Numbered from the stretch's first letter, positions 1-8,854 are shown. The stretch is 64,000 nucleotides of DNA from Muribaculaceae bacterium (GCA_029061225.1 JAIDSM010000122.1:1909-65908), one strand, 5' to 3'. Notes: a model not told the origin generated them from the sequence alone. Program-made: numbers and translations.

Positions 1-905
1 ATGAGATTACACGCGAATTTCCGAACTACTTCCTCGACTATCAGGAAAACCGTTCATTAGGAGCTACCAGATGGACAGACCGCATCGTCTCCACTTCCGG
101 AGATTGGAGTGGTAACGTGTTCGACTTTGTAATTGAAGCTTTGCGACGCATGCAGCAAGGTCTCAAAGTCCCCTTTGTGTTGAAAGGCAATCTCCGAGTA
201 GATGACACGCCAATTCATAAACTTCTCCGCGAAGCCATCACCAACGCCTGCGTCCACGCTGATTTCTATGGACGTCAGGGATTGGTTGTCCAGAAATCAG
301 AGGAAGGCTATCGTCTCTCCAATCCCGGTACAGTGCGAATCTCCATTTCCGATGCTATTGAAGGCGGTATCTCCGACCCTCGTAACGGCATAATGCTGAA
401 AATCTTCTCCCTAATTGAATTTGGCGAAAGAGCTGGAAGCGGCCTGAGTGGCATCTGCAAACGCTGGGAAAAAGTCTATCACACTCCCGTCACGATTGAA
501 GAAACCCACAAAGACGGAGTAGACCGCACCATTCTTACCCTCTCCACAAGAGGCAATGAGCAGGACGTGGAGGCCATGCTCGAACTCTACGGCGACATGA
601 TTGAAAGCTCTGACCCCCAAACCGTCCAAGATTCTACCCGGATAGACCCCCAAACTGACCAGAAAACAGTTGGTAAACCCCAAAATGAACCCCAAAATAG
701 GATTCACGAGGAGAATGAACCTCCAAATGAACCTCCAAAGTTGTTAGAAGCGATAAAGATGAACCCCAAAATTACAAAAGCAGCTCTTTCGGAGATGTTA
801 GGGGTTTCATCATCGACCCTCAAACGATGGCTTAAAGCTAATAATATAGTATGGGTCGGTCATTCCAAAAACGGCCATTGGGAAACTCTTAATCCACAAA
901 AATGA
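1..905 (+). CDS. C-terminal part of AlbA_2/Schlafen-HATPase_c_4 (RecG C-terminal-like) protein with C-terminal wHTH; 5' end outside window
   Basis: Frame is open from position 3 (EITREFPNYFLDYQE...RWTDRIVS...WSGNVFDF). Motifs LREAITNACVHADF, SNPG, PRN...ERAGSG. Tetrapeptide-repeat linker, then HTH (ITKAALSEMLGVSSSTLKR...GHSKNGHW). Confidence 0.75.
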   Translation, partial: EITREFPNYFLDYQENRSLGATRWTDRIVSTSGDWSGNVFDFVIEALRRMQQGLKVPFVLKGNLRVDDTPIHKLLREAITNACVHADFYGRQGLVVQKSEEGYRLSNPGTVRISISDAIEGGISDPRNGIMLKIFSLIEFGERAGSGLSGICKRWEKVYHTPVTIEETHKDGVDRTILTLSTRGNEQDVEAMLELYGDMIESSDPQTVQDSTRIDPQTDQKTVGKPQNEPQNRIHEENEPPNEPPKLLEAIKMNPKITKAALSEMLGVSSSTLKRWLKANNIVWVGHSKNGHWETLNPQK

Positions 906-973
906 TTTACAAATTTCTTTGAGTGTGCCGAAATTACAATTCGAAAAAATTTTTAATCAAGTTCTAGTGTAAG

Positions 974-1753
974 ATGAATATTTTTGCTAACTTAACTGAT
1001 TATAGTAAGATAAGACGTAAAAGGGAAATTGTACTTTTGTTCAATGAAGGCTTTTGTGATTATCAGCTTATAAAAGAGACTGTCAATCAATTTGATTATA
1101 ATAAAGAGGACATTACCTATGTCTTGCAGACTTCGTTATTGACAGAATATCAGGAAGAAGCACTTAATTCTTTTCTAAGAAAAGAACTTGGCACGAACTA
1201 CAAATACTCCGTCTATAAATCGTCTAAACATTATATCGATAATGGTCAGCCATGTGTTACGGTTTATCATAGGAACTTAGAAGCTTATGTTTTTACTTCA
1301 GATCCAACAGAAGAGGATGTTAAAGGACTCAACATTAAAGCGAAAAGTATTATAGGTTGGACTACGACAGTTAGGAGACAAACTTCAGATGAAATTATCA
1401 ATAAATATAAAAAAGATTTAATTACAGACATCAAAGGATGTCTATCTACAATAGCTAATATATTGCTTACAATTATAGTAATTTTAGGGATAATAACTGG
1501 TTGTATATACATATATGAAAATAAGGAGGCGCAATCAATTCTTGCGATTGTTGGGGCAATATGTTTCGTATTGTTTATATTCATTGTGGTTTGGTCTCTT
1601 TTTACAGAAGAAGGAGATAGTATATGGAAACAAATAGTTAAAGCTACAGGTATAACTGTCGTTATTATAGGAATATTGATTTTAATTGGTGCTATAATTC
1701 CAGATAGTTGTACTGGTTTTTACGACGATGCTCATCGGCCCGATAGATTTTGA
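974..1753 (+). CDS. Hypothetical AT-rich membrane protein (3 C-terminal TM segments), island cargo
   Basis: 259-aa ORF with three hydrophobic stretches in the C-terminal half; visibly lower GC than core genes. Confidence 0.7.
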   Translation: MNIFANLTDYSKIRRKREIVLLFNEGFCDYQLIKETVNQFDYNKEDITYVLQTSLLTEYQEEALNSFLRKELGTNYKYSVYKSSKHYIDNGQPCVTVYHRNLEAYVFTSDPTEEDVKGLNIKAKSIIGWTTTVRRQTSDEIINKYKKDLITDIKGCLSTIANILLTIIVILGIITGCIYIYENKEAQSILAIVGAICFVLFIFIVVWSLFTEEGDSIWKQIVKATGITVVIIGILILIGAIIPDSCTGFYDDAHRPDRF

Positions 1754-1926
1754 ATGGGGGATGTAACAATATTTCCTAATTGTTCTTTCATTCTCGAAAA
1801 GAATTTTTGATATTCACACATCCCTAAAGAAATGATCGATTTTGATTTCATATATGTTTGATAGTTCACGAAATATTTCGATGATATACTAATGAAATAC
1901 TAATACGAGTTGCCAGGTGAGGGATT

Positions 1927-2255
1927 CTAAGAATGGTTGGATTGTATGATTTGAGGGAGGAGAATTTCGACGAGGTCGGTTTGGTTGAAGTGGACCGAGA
2001 GGAAGAGTTTGTTGATTCGTTTGATTGTGTTGTAGAGGGTAGCGGAGTCTTGGGATGGGTTGTCACGGTTGTTACAATAGAAGTGTTCGAGAGCTCAGAT
2101 TAGTTGAAGTCCTCGGACTACGGAGGGGGCGGAGTATTTCTTAATCGTATCTAGGATAAGAGATTCATTGAGCAATAGTTTGCTGAGTGCTCATTGATAT
2201 AGGTTAGTTCCTCTTCTGTCAGTCGGATTTGAAGTTTACGTGTCTTTAAGTTCAT
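1927..2255 (-). pseudogene. mobC: Decayed mobC-like relaxosome accessory gene
   Basis: ATG at 2255 gives MNLKTRKLQIRLTEEELTYINEHS (RHH-like). After a frameshift near 2160 it continues LILDTIKKYS...LQLI*ALEHFY...TLYNTIKRINKL...EILLPQI with one in-frame stop, resembling Bacteroidales MobC. An oriT-like hairpin lies upstream. Confidence 0.55.
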
Positions 2256-2335
2256 GGGATAATATGTTTGAGGTCGCTCGGAGACTCTTTTGCGGAGTGA
2301 AATAGCGGTGAAGCCGCCCCGATGCGTAGCAGTCG

Positions 2336-2371
2336 GCAAGTGACTTTTGTACGGACAAAAGTACAACTTGC
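2336..2371. other. oriT-like inverted repeat of the left element
   Basis: GCAAGTG-ACTTTTGT-acgg-ACAAAAGT-ACAACTTGC hairpin just upstream of the mobC remnant. Confidence 0.5.
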
Positions 2372-2880
2372 TTGGAAAATCCTGCACTGGTGTGGAAGGC
2401 CTTCAGGGATGGTTTCGGTCACTCTTAGCAGCTTCTCAGGTCAGGGTTTGTGATGCTGGTATACCCCAAACTCTTGTGGCCTATTGCTCCAAGATATTGG
2501 TTACATGGGTTTCTTAGGTATATGGGTTTGGTCCATTGAAGTAAGTTGGTTTTGATGACATGGATGCATAAGATCATGTGGCCAATGAAGCCGGGATTGG
2601 ACAATATGAGAATGTGGGTATATGGAATGATTATATTGAATGTCCGGGGTTACTAAGGAGTATGAATAGCGTATTATATAATCTCAGAGCATTGACACAC
2701 CAAATCACTGCAGTGAGAGATTTTTTGTTCCCTTTGTGTTGGGAAAAACTTTATATGCAGACCCGATGAAAAAAATCTGACGGCTCTAATGCTCTAGAGA
2801 TCGGGGATTATTCACGCCTAAGTCACCATCATTCTCTACTCCGGATAACCGAAGATTTCACCTAACGATTGATCTCAAAA

Positions 2881-2976
2881 TAGACCTCTATGTAGACCCC
2901 CAATTAGACCTCTAATTAGACCCCTTTTTAGACCTCAAATTAGACTGCTGATTAGACCGATAGATAGACCGCTGAA
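2881..2976. repeat. Array of 8 TAGAC(C/T) units at exact 12-bp period
   Basis: TAGAC starts at 2881, 2893, 2905, 2917, 2929, 2941, 2953 and 2965; the intervening bases vary. Confidence 0.9.
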
Positions 2977-2986
2977 ATGAGGTATG

Positions 2987-3031
2987 AAAAGAGCCGATAC
3001 TGAGCAGTTTAGGCTCTGCATTGGCTCTTTT
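2987..3031. terminator. Bidirectional intrinsic terminator downstream of the left integrase
   Basis: AAAAGAGCC...GGCTCTTTT stem flanked by A and T tracts. Confidence 0.65.
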
Positions 3032-3093
3032 GCATATATTAAAATCGTATGTCGGACTGACCGCTGATTTACACCATGATTTTCTACGAGATG

Positions 3094-4461
3094 TTACCCC
3101 TTCAATTTACCTCTTGTGCGCGTTTTCTTGACATCTTTTGTTGGCGGAGGTAAGTAAAGTCCTAACTTCTTTGTCTTGGGGAGGTCGAGACCGACGAATT
3201 CCGGCGAACCGGGTCTTACGATTTCCTTGCCATCGATCTTTCCATATAGTACCCAATCGAGTACTTTACGGTTGGCAATATCTACTTTCTTGATGTCGAA
3301 ACGGATATAGATGTTTGTGATTCGGTTTCCGTATTCGTGTCCCAGGGCTTCGGCTATCACGCGGTCGGGGATGTCTATGCTCGAAGCGATGGTAGCCCAA
3401 GAGTGACGTGCCCAATAGGCAGTGAGCTCAGGAAACAATGGCTCGTAGATTTTCTTGCCTCCCCGTCCGGGCTTCTTATGCATTGGGCCAATCTTCTGTA
3501 GTTCCTTATTCATCTTTCGTCGGAAGAATTCATCGTTGGTCCAGTGGTCGAGAATGAAAAGCAGATAGTTCTCTCCACGATACTTCTCAAACAGTTCCAT
3601 CGCTTCCGGTTCAACTTTCATAGAATACAGATGCCCGGTCTTGGTGCGGTTGAAGTCGAGTCTGCCGTTATTGATTTCAGTAAGTTTCGCCAAGTCTATC
3701 ATATTGACTCCCATAAGATAGAACGACAGTCGGAACATATCAAGATATTTCTTCTGATGTTCATCGCAAGGGAAATAGAATAGTCGGCGTAGTTCCTCGA
3801 CTGACAGAGACCTCTTTGCTGTCTCGACAGCCTTGATCTTGAACTTACGAAATGGATAGTGGGTAGTCACCTCATTCTCAATAGCACTGTTGAACACGGC
3901 ACGGAGATTACGGAAGTGGATGTTGCGTGCATTGGGACTCGGAGAAGTCTTCGCCATAAATGCATTGAAATCATGCAACCAGTCGAGGGTAATATCCTCA
4001 AATTTCAATGCGCTAAGTGCGTCATCACCGATATATGCTCTGATGCGGTTGAGGGTATGCTCATACACCTCTTTGGTGCTCTCTTTCTTCGGTTCAATAA
4101 ACTTTCGGAAGCGAGGAAGAAACAGCGATTCATCAGTCTGTGGTGTTTCTGTCGGATGCAATGTATCTTCGACCTTTGCTTTCAGCTCCTTTGTAGATAG
4201 GCGATTGAGTTCACCGGTGCGTGTAAGTTCGAGTAGTAGGGTGCTGACTGTGTTCTTCACCTGATCGAGATAAGTTGTGAGCAGTTGCTTGTCGGGATGG
4301 TTCCGGATAGTGAGCTTGTCGCAGTCCCACTGAGAGGGAAGCAGTCGGACATCAAGGGAGATGAGAATTGTCTGATGCCGATGAGCGATCGCCAGCTTAA
4401 GTATAGCCGGCTGACCTTCGCGCGTTTTGCGCCTGTCGAGGTAGAATCTGGTACTTGCCAT
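3094..4461 (-). CDS. Tyrosine recombinase/integrase (Bacteroidales type with N-terminal arm-binding and SAM-like domains)
   Basis: N-terminus RFYLDRRK...; GVNMIDL, RTKTG, YWARHSWAT, LGH and TNIY catalytic-type motifs. Confidence 0.9.
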   Translation of the reverse strand: MASTRFYLDRRKTREGQPAILKLAIAHRHQTILISLDVRLLPSQWDCDKLTIRNHPDKQLLTTYLDQVKNTVSTLLLELTRTGELNRLSTKELKAKVEDTLHPTETPQTDESLFLPRFRKFIEPKKESTKEVYEHTLNRIRAYIGDDALSALKFEDITLDWLHDFNAFMAKTSPSPNARNIHFRNLRAVFNSAIENEVTTHYPFRKFKIKAVETAKRSLSVEELRRLFYFPCDEHQKKYLDMFRLSFYLMGVNMIDLAKLTEINNGRLDFNRTKTGHLYSMKVEPEAMELFEKYRGENYLLFILDHWTNDEFFRRKMNKELQKIGPMHKKPGRGGKKIYEPLFPELTAYWARHSWATIASSIDIPDRVIAEALGHEYGNRITNIYIRFDIKKVDIANRKVLDWVLYGKIDGKEIVRPGSPEFVGLDLPKTKKLGLYLPPPTKDVKKTRTRGKLKG

Positions 4462-4602
4462 AACTTTACGGTCGGATTCTTCCGCATGCGAGTTGCACGC
4501 ACATTAGCACGCGTTGTTCAGCAACAATGTGCAGGAATGGACAACTTTGTGCAGAAAAATCCTTTTTTTATGGCGTTTACATCCGGATTTCAGATACTAA
4601 AT

Positions 4603-4641
4603 AACCCTGATTTCAAGGTTTATCGCCTTAAAATCAGGGTT
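4603..4641. repeat. Inverted repeat at the element end next to the tRNA-derived array
   Basis: AACCCTGATTTCAAGG-tttatcg-CCTTAAAATCAGGGTT, one mismatch. Confidence 0.75.
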
Positions 4642-4651
4642 TTAACTAAGA

Positions 4652-5013
4652 GTGGTCCCACTTGGGCTTGAACCAGGTGCTCCCTGCCAATATACAGCCA
4701 AGGAGAGTCAGGTGCTCAAACAAAAATCCGAATTCGAAAGAATCCGGATTAATCTTGTGGTCCCACTTGGGCTTGAACCAAGGACTCCCTGCCAGTATGC
4801 AGACAAGGAGAGTCAGGTGCTCTTAACAAAAAATCCGAATTCAAAAGAATCCGGATTAATCTTGTGGTCCCACTTGGGCTTGAACCAAGGACTCCCTGCC
4901 AGTATATGGACACGGAGAGTCAGGTGCTCAAACAAAAAATCCGAATTCGAAAGAATCCGGATTAATCTTGTGGTCCCACTTGGGCTTGAACCAAGGACTC
5001 CCTGATTATGAGT
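4652..5013 (-). repeat. Tandem array of tRNA-derived units (105, 107 and 106 bp, plus a final unmodified tRNA 3' half)
   Basis: GTGGTCCCACTTGGGCTTGAACC starts at 4652, 4757, 4864 and 4970 and matches the tRNA at 15109. Units 1-3 carry an 18-nt insert in place of ATTAT and the hairpin AATCCGAATTC(G/A)AAAGAATCCGGATT next to an A tract. Confidence 0.95.
4969..5013. repeat. Attachment-site direct repeat (tRNA-distal att), 45 bp
   Basis: TGTGGTCCCACTTGGGCTTGAACCAAGGACTCCCTGATTATGAGT is identical to 15108-15152; identity ends just past the anticodon loop. Confidence 0.92.
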
Positions 5014-5137
5014 AGGTGGACGGCATGATTTTATAAGAAACTTCGTGATTCGTTATGATTAATTAGAAATTTGAGTATTAGATGTTTGTAGGATTGAAAA
5101 GAATTTTGTAATTTTGCATGAGACCTCTTGAAACTTT

Positions 5138-5243
5138 GGAGTTGTGTTCAAATTGTGTTCAAAAGCTATTGTCTGAACACGCTCCCTGATTGTTTTAATG
5201 GGTTTGAGAGATTAGATAGAAACTTGAACATAATCTTGAACAC
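5138..5243. promoter_or_regulatory. Putative integrase arm-type binding sites (left arm)
   Basis: GGAGTTGTGTTCA (5138), TTGTGTTCAAA (5153), TATTGTCTGAACAC (5167) and two TTGAACA copies near 5224 and 5236; the same words recur at 14966-15056. Confidence 0.65.
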
Positions 5244-5249
5244 GGCAAC

Positions 5250-6599
5250 ATGAATAAGGCTCTTTTCAGTGATGAATCACGAAGATTTGCAGGAGCGACA
5301 ATATATATCGTTCTTGCTCCGGACAATAGATATAAATTCGATACAGGTAAACCTGTGCCGTTGACGGTCTGCGTCACCCATCAGAGGGTACGACGATATT
5401 TTGCGACTGGGGTCAAGGTGTCGTCAATCAAAGAATACGAAGCGTTGTTCTCAAAATCTAATGCCGCGATTGAAACTCGCAAAGGTCTCCGAAAGATATT
5501 TGATCAGGTGTGTGCTAAAGCCGATGAGCTCATATTGCTTAATCGTTTCTCGGTTTCCGATCTCAAAAGTCACATCGAAAGATCGGAAGGTAAGGTGACT
5601 GAAAAGACAATGAAGGCGGATGATACCTTTTCTTATTGGGAGGCTCTTGGAGCATCGAAAGAAAAGGTAAAGACGCGTGCTATGTATTCGTCCGCCCTTG
5701 ACTGGTTCAAACTGTTCCGCAAGGATAAGCCGATTTCACTCGGTTCAGTAGATACCGCTATAATCACACGCTTTTCTAAATGGCTTGATGGACAGAAATC
5801 CCGGAACGGCATGGATCAGCCTCTTTCCCTTGACACGAGAATGGTAATTCTCCGTGCCACTCGGGCTGTATTCAATCAGGCATATAAAGACGGACATACT
5901 ACGATAGCACCAAATTTTAAAGGACTTATTCACGCTGGTAATCGTCGCAGATTGAATGCGTTGACTGTAGAAGATGTGTTGAAGCTATGGGAGTATTGGC
6001 TTGCCTCACCGGATAAACAGTCTAAGTATGCACGTGCTGTAGGGCGCTGGCTGCTCCTTTACTGCCTCAACGGTATGAATACGATAGACATGGCTAAACT
6101 TATCTGGACAGAGAAAGCGGCTATAGGGCAGAATTATCCTCAGTTTGTTTTTATTCGGTCTAAGATTGACAGAGCGAATAAGCCTATTGGAAAGCAACTT
6201 GACGAGACATCTGTTCCGATAATCCCACAGCTTCGTCAACTACTTGATGTATATGCCTCGCCATATAATCCCGGAGAGCTTGTCTTTCCTGACATATTTC
6301 TAAATGCCGTAACTGATGAACAGAAGGCAATCCGTGTGCACGATTTCAACCGCCGGATTTCAAAGAACATAAAGGACGTATGCGAGTCGCTCGGCATCCA
6401 ATGTGTAACGCCACAGTATGCTCGTAATTCATTCATTTCAGCTTTGGCGCATCATGGCGTTATGACTGCCTACATCGACTATGCCGTAGGGCACGCTACC
6501 TCTGAAGTATCGGCACTTCTCGCAGGTTACATCTCTAATGTAACTCCGGCGATGATGCAGGCTTTTAATGAAAAAATCTTCATCGTGCCATCTACATGA
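5250..6599 (+). CDS. Tyrosine recombinase/integrase of the tRNA-inserted element
   Basis: Arm-binding-like N-terminus (VTHQRVRRYFATGV); LNGMNTIDM, RSK, YARNSF, AVGH and GY motifs; adjacent to att. Confidence 0.85.
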   Translation: MNKALFSDESRRFAGATIYIVLAPDNRYKFDTGKPVPLTVCVTHQRVRRYFATGVKVSSIKEYEALFSKSNAAIETRKGLRKIFDQVCAKADELILLNRFSVSDLKSHIERSEGKVTEKTMKADDTFSYWEALGASKEKVKTRAMYSSALDWFKLFRKDKPISLGSVDTAIITRFSKWLDGQKSRNGMDQPLSLDTRMVILRATRAVFNQAYKDGHTTIAPNFKGLIHAGNRRRLNALTVEDVLKLWEYWLASPDKQSKYARAVGRWLLLYCLNGMNTIDMAKLIWTEKAAIGQNYPQFVFIRSKIDRANKPIGKQLDETSVPIIPQLRQLLDVYASPYNPGELVFPDIFLNAVTDEQKAIRVHDFNRRISKNIKDVCESLGIQCVTPQYARNSFISALAHHGVMTAYIDYAVGHATSEVSALLAGYISNVTPAMMQAFNEKIFIVPST

Positions 6600-6775
6600 T
6601 AATACAGATATTTTCCCTTTTACCATTTCATATATTGGTTATGGTTTAACGGCATATATTGCGCAAACCAGATACATCAAGCGACGGAATCTCAAAAAAT
6701 AATTGCGATTCCGTCTTGTGATGTAAATTTTGTTTTGTAATTTTGCACCGGATAAATATAAAAACAGACTTAGAT

Positions 6776-8191
6776 ATGTTGATTGGACGAAAAGATGAGG
6801 TTAGGGCTTTGACCGATGCATATAAATCGGATAGGTCTGAATTTATTGCCATATACGGCAGGAGGCGCATTGGCAAGACATTTCTTGTAAGGGAAACATT
6901 CGATGGCAAATTTTCATTTTCTTATTCAGGGATCTATAATGTATCTACCAAAGCTCAGCTGCAAAATTTTCATATGGCACTGAAACAGCATGGAGCCTCA
7001 GTCAAGAAAACTCCGGTAAATTGGATAGAAGCGTTCGGTCAATTGTCAGATTATCTCAATGGCTTGCCAAAGGGAAAGAAGATTGTGTTCATTGATGAAC
7101 TACCATGGATGGATGGGCCGAAATCAAGTTTTCTACCAGCCTTTGAAAATTTTTGGAATGGCTGGGCTTCCGCGAGAAAGGACATTCTGCTAATAATATG
7201 TGGCTCTGCAACATCGTGGGTCGTTAATAAGATATTCCACAACAAGGGTGGTTTACATAACAGGCTTTCTGATAAAATATATCTACGGCCATTTACATTG
7301 GGCGAGTGTGAGGAGTATTCAAAATCTCAGCGACTCAATATGCCGCGCAAGGTATTAGTGGAGGCATATATGATATTAGGAGGAGTACCTTACTATTGGT
7401 CACTGCTAAAACGGGGACAGAGTCTTGCTTCCAATATTAACGCACTGTTCTTTGCAAGAGAAGCAAAGCTCAAAGATGAATTCAAGGAACTATATTCCTC
7501 GTTGTTTAAGAACCCGGAGCCATATATGGCGGTGATTACCGCACTTGGCAACAAAAAAGTTGGAATGACCCGCGAAGAAATAATACGTGAGACATCACTG
7601 CCGGATACGGGCCGCATAAAGATTTATTTGGAGGAACTTGAATCAAGCGGATTCATACGACGTTACAATGCTATTGGTTCGAAGACAAAAAATGCGTTAT
7701 TTCAGTTAATAGACAACTTCACATTGTTTCATTTCCGGTTTTTATCAAAGAAGACGCTCTATGATGAAGACTATTGGTCAAAAATTCAAGGAACATCGAA
7801 ATATAATAATTGGAGCGGTCATGCGTTTGAAAGGACGTGTCTCCAACATACAAATCTCATAAAAAGAGCGTTGGGAATTCAAGGAGTGTTGACAAGCGAA
7901 TGTTCATGGCGTGCACTGCCATCCGACGGACAACCAGGTGCTGAGATAGATTTGCTAATCGACCGCAATGACAAGGCAATCAATATCATTGAGATAAAAT
8001 TCACAAAGGGAAGATTTGCCATCTCAAAGAAATATCTTGAAAATCTTGAAAATAAGCGTATGCGTTTGCAAAATTCGTTAAAGTCTCATAAGTCAATATT
8101 CCTGACAATGTTGACATTTGAAGGCTTGGCAGAAAACGAATATTCGTATGGGATAGACACAAGCTTTACATCGGATATACTATTCCAATAA
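6776..8191 (+). CDS. AAA-family (archaeal-type) ATPase with wHTH and C-terminal DUF234/PD-(D/E)xK-like domain
   Basis: MLIGR start, Walker A GRRRIGKT, Walker B VFIDE, GGVPYY, C-terminal EIDLL...IEIKF; TAATTTTG promoter box at ~6738. Confidence 0.85.
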   Translation: MLIGRKDEVRALTDAYKSDRSEFIAIYGRRRIGKTFLVRETFDGKFSFSYSGIYNVSTKAQLQNFHMALKQHGASVKKTPVNWIEAFGQLSDYLNGLPKGKKIVFIDELPWMDGPKSSFLPAFENFWNGWASARKDILLIICGSATSWVVNKIFHNKGGLHNRLSDKIYLRPFTLGECEEYSKSQRLNMPRKVLVEAYMILGGVPYYWSLLKRGQSLASNINALFFAREAKLKDEFKELYSSLFKNPEPYMAVITALGNKKVGMTREEIIRETSLPDTGRIKIYLEELESSGFIRRYNAIGSKTKNALFQLIDNFTLFHFRFLSKKTLYDEDYWSKIQGTSKYNNWSGHAFERTCLQHTNLIKRALGIQGVLTSECSWRALPSDGQPGAEIDLLIDRNDKAINIIEIKFTKGRFAISKKYLENLENKRMRLQNSLKSHKSIFLTMLTFEGLAENEYSYGIDTSFTSDILFQ

Positions 8192-8700
8192 ATGCACCAA
8201 GTAACATCTGTATCCTCCTATGACGCTGATATGTGAGCAAATTGAATATTTTATGTTGTAGACTAAGAGGGAGAAAAGGGAATTTGAAGCCTTTTTCTCC
8301 CTCTCGTTCCATTTTAATATTTACTGACATTTTTTGTGTCATGTCACACTTTTTGTCAATACGAAGTCTGATAATATCTGGTAGAAATAAAGGATCTAAT
8401 CTTTTATCTTCATCAACTATCATGTTGGGGTAACTTCTATCTATGTCCTTTTTGGCTTAAAGGAACTTCTAATCGTCACCTTTTCGGTTACACTGAAATT
8501 TTCTCACTTCGCCAAATAAATCCGCAAAGTATTATATCACAGAAACTTAAATTTAGCAACTTGCTGGATCTTACAACTTTGTATTTCTGAGTTTTTCAGG
8601 GCAAAAAGAAAATCACACGTTTTATTTAAGAAAAGTGTTCAGATTTTCTTCACATAAGAAAAGTCTATTGTAATTTTGCAGAGTCTCATGAGGACAAAAT

Positions 8701-8830
8701 GAGTATGGCCATACTCCACGTTGCCTTTATCACCCTTTATTTCTTTAGTGACTCCTGTTTCTTTAGCGACTCCTGTTTCTTTAGCGACCTCTGTTCCTTT
8801 AGTGCCCTACGTTCCTTTATCGATCTTTTT
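8701..8830. repeat. 16-bp perfect palindrome followed by 5 x 18-bp tandem repeats
   Basis: GAGTATGGCCATACTC at 8701-8716; units such as TTCTTTAGCGACTCCTGT start at 8741, 8759, 8777, 8795 and 8813, decaying rightwards. Confidence 0.8.
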
Positions 8831-8854
8831 CCCACACTTAAAAAATTTCCACCC

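Larger units (their letters stand above)
1..4651. mobile_element. Decayed integrative (mobilizable) element; left end outside window
   Basis: Integrase abutting the last tRNA-derived unit, att-flanking inverted repeat at 4603-4641, oriT-like hairpin, mobC pseudogene and AT-rich cargo. The far boundary is not visible. Confidence 0.6.

Noticed and set aside
2400-2870. Possible gene remnant or ORF 2578..2769
   Set aside because: No frame with recognisable similarity by eye.
4652-4969. Three additional functional tRNA genes
   Set aside because: The units lack the 5' acceptor strand and most of the D arm and have no anticodon loop.
4652-5005. 117-aa ORF MVPLGLEP...
   Set aside because: Antisense translation of the tRNA-derived repeats.
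4652-5013. CRISPR array interpretation of the ~106-bp repeats
   Set aside because: The constant part is ~88 bp and tRNA-derived, the variable parts are only 18 nt and related to each other, and there are no cas genes in the window.
8166-8433. Short ORFs on both strands after the ATPase
   Set aside because: No recognisable motif or start context; possibly a gene remnant, but unsupported.
8699-8854. N-terminal extension of DUF3853 (FFSDSC repeats)
   Set aside because: Family similarity starts at ATG 8855; the extension is simply the 18-bp repeat read in frame.
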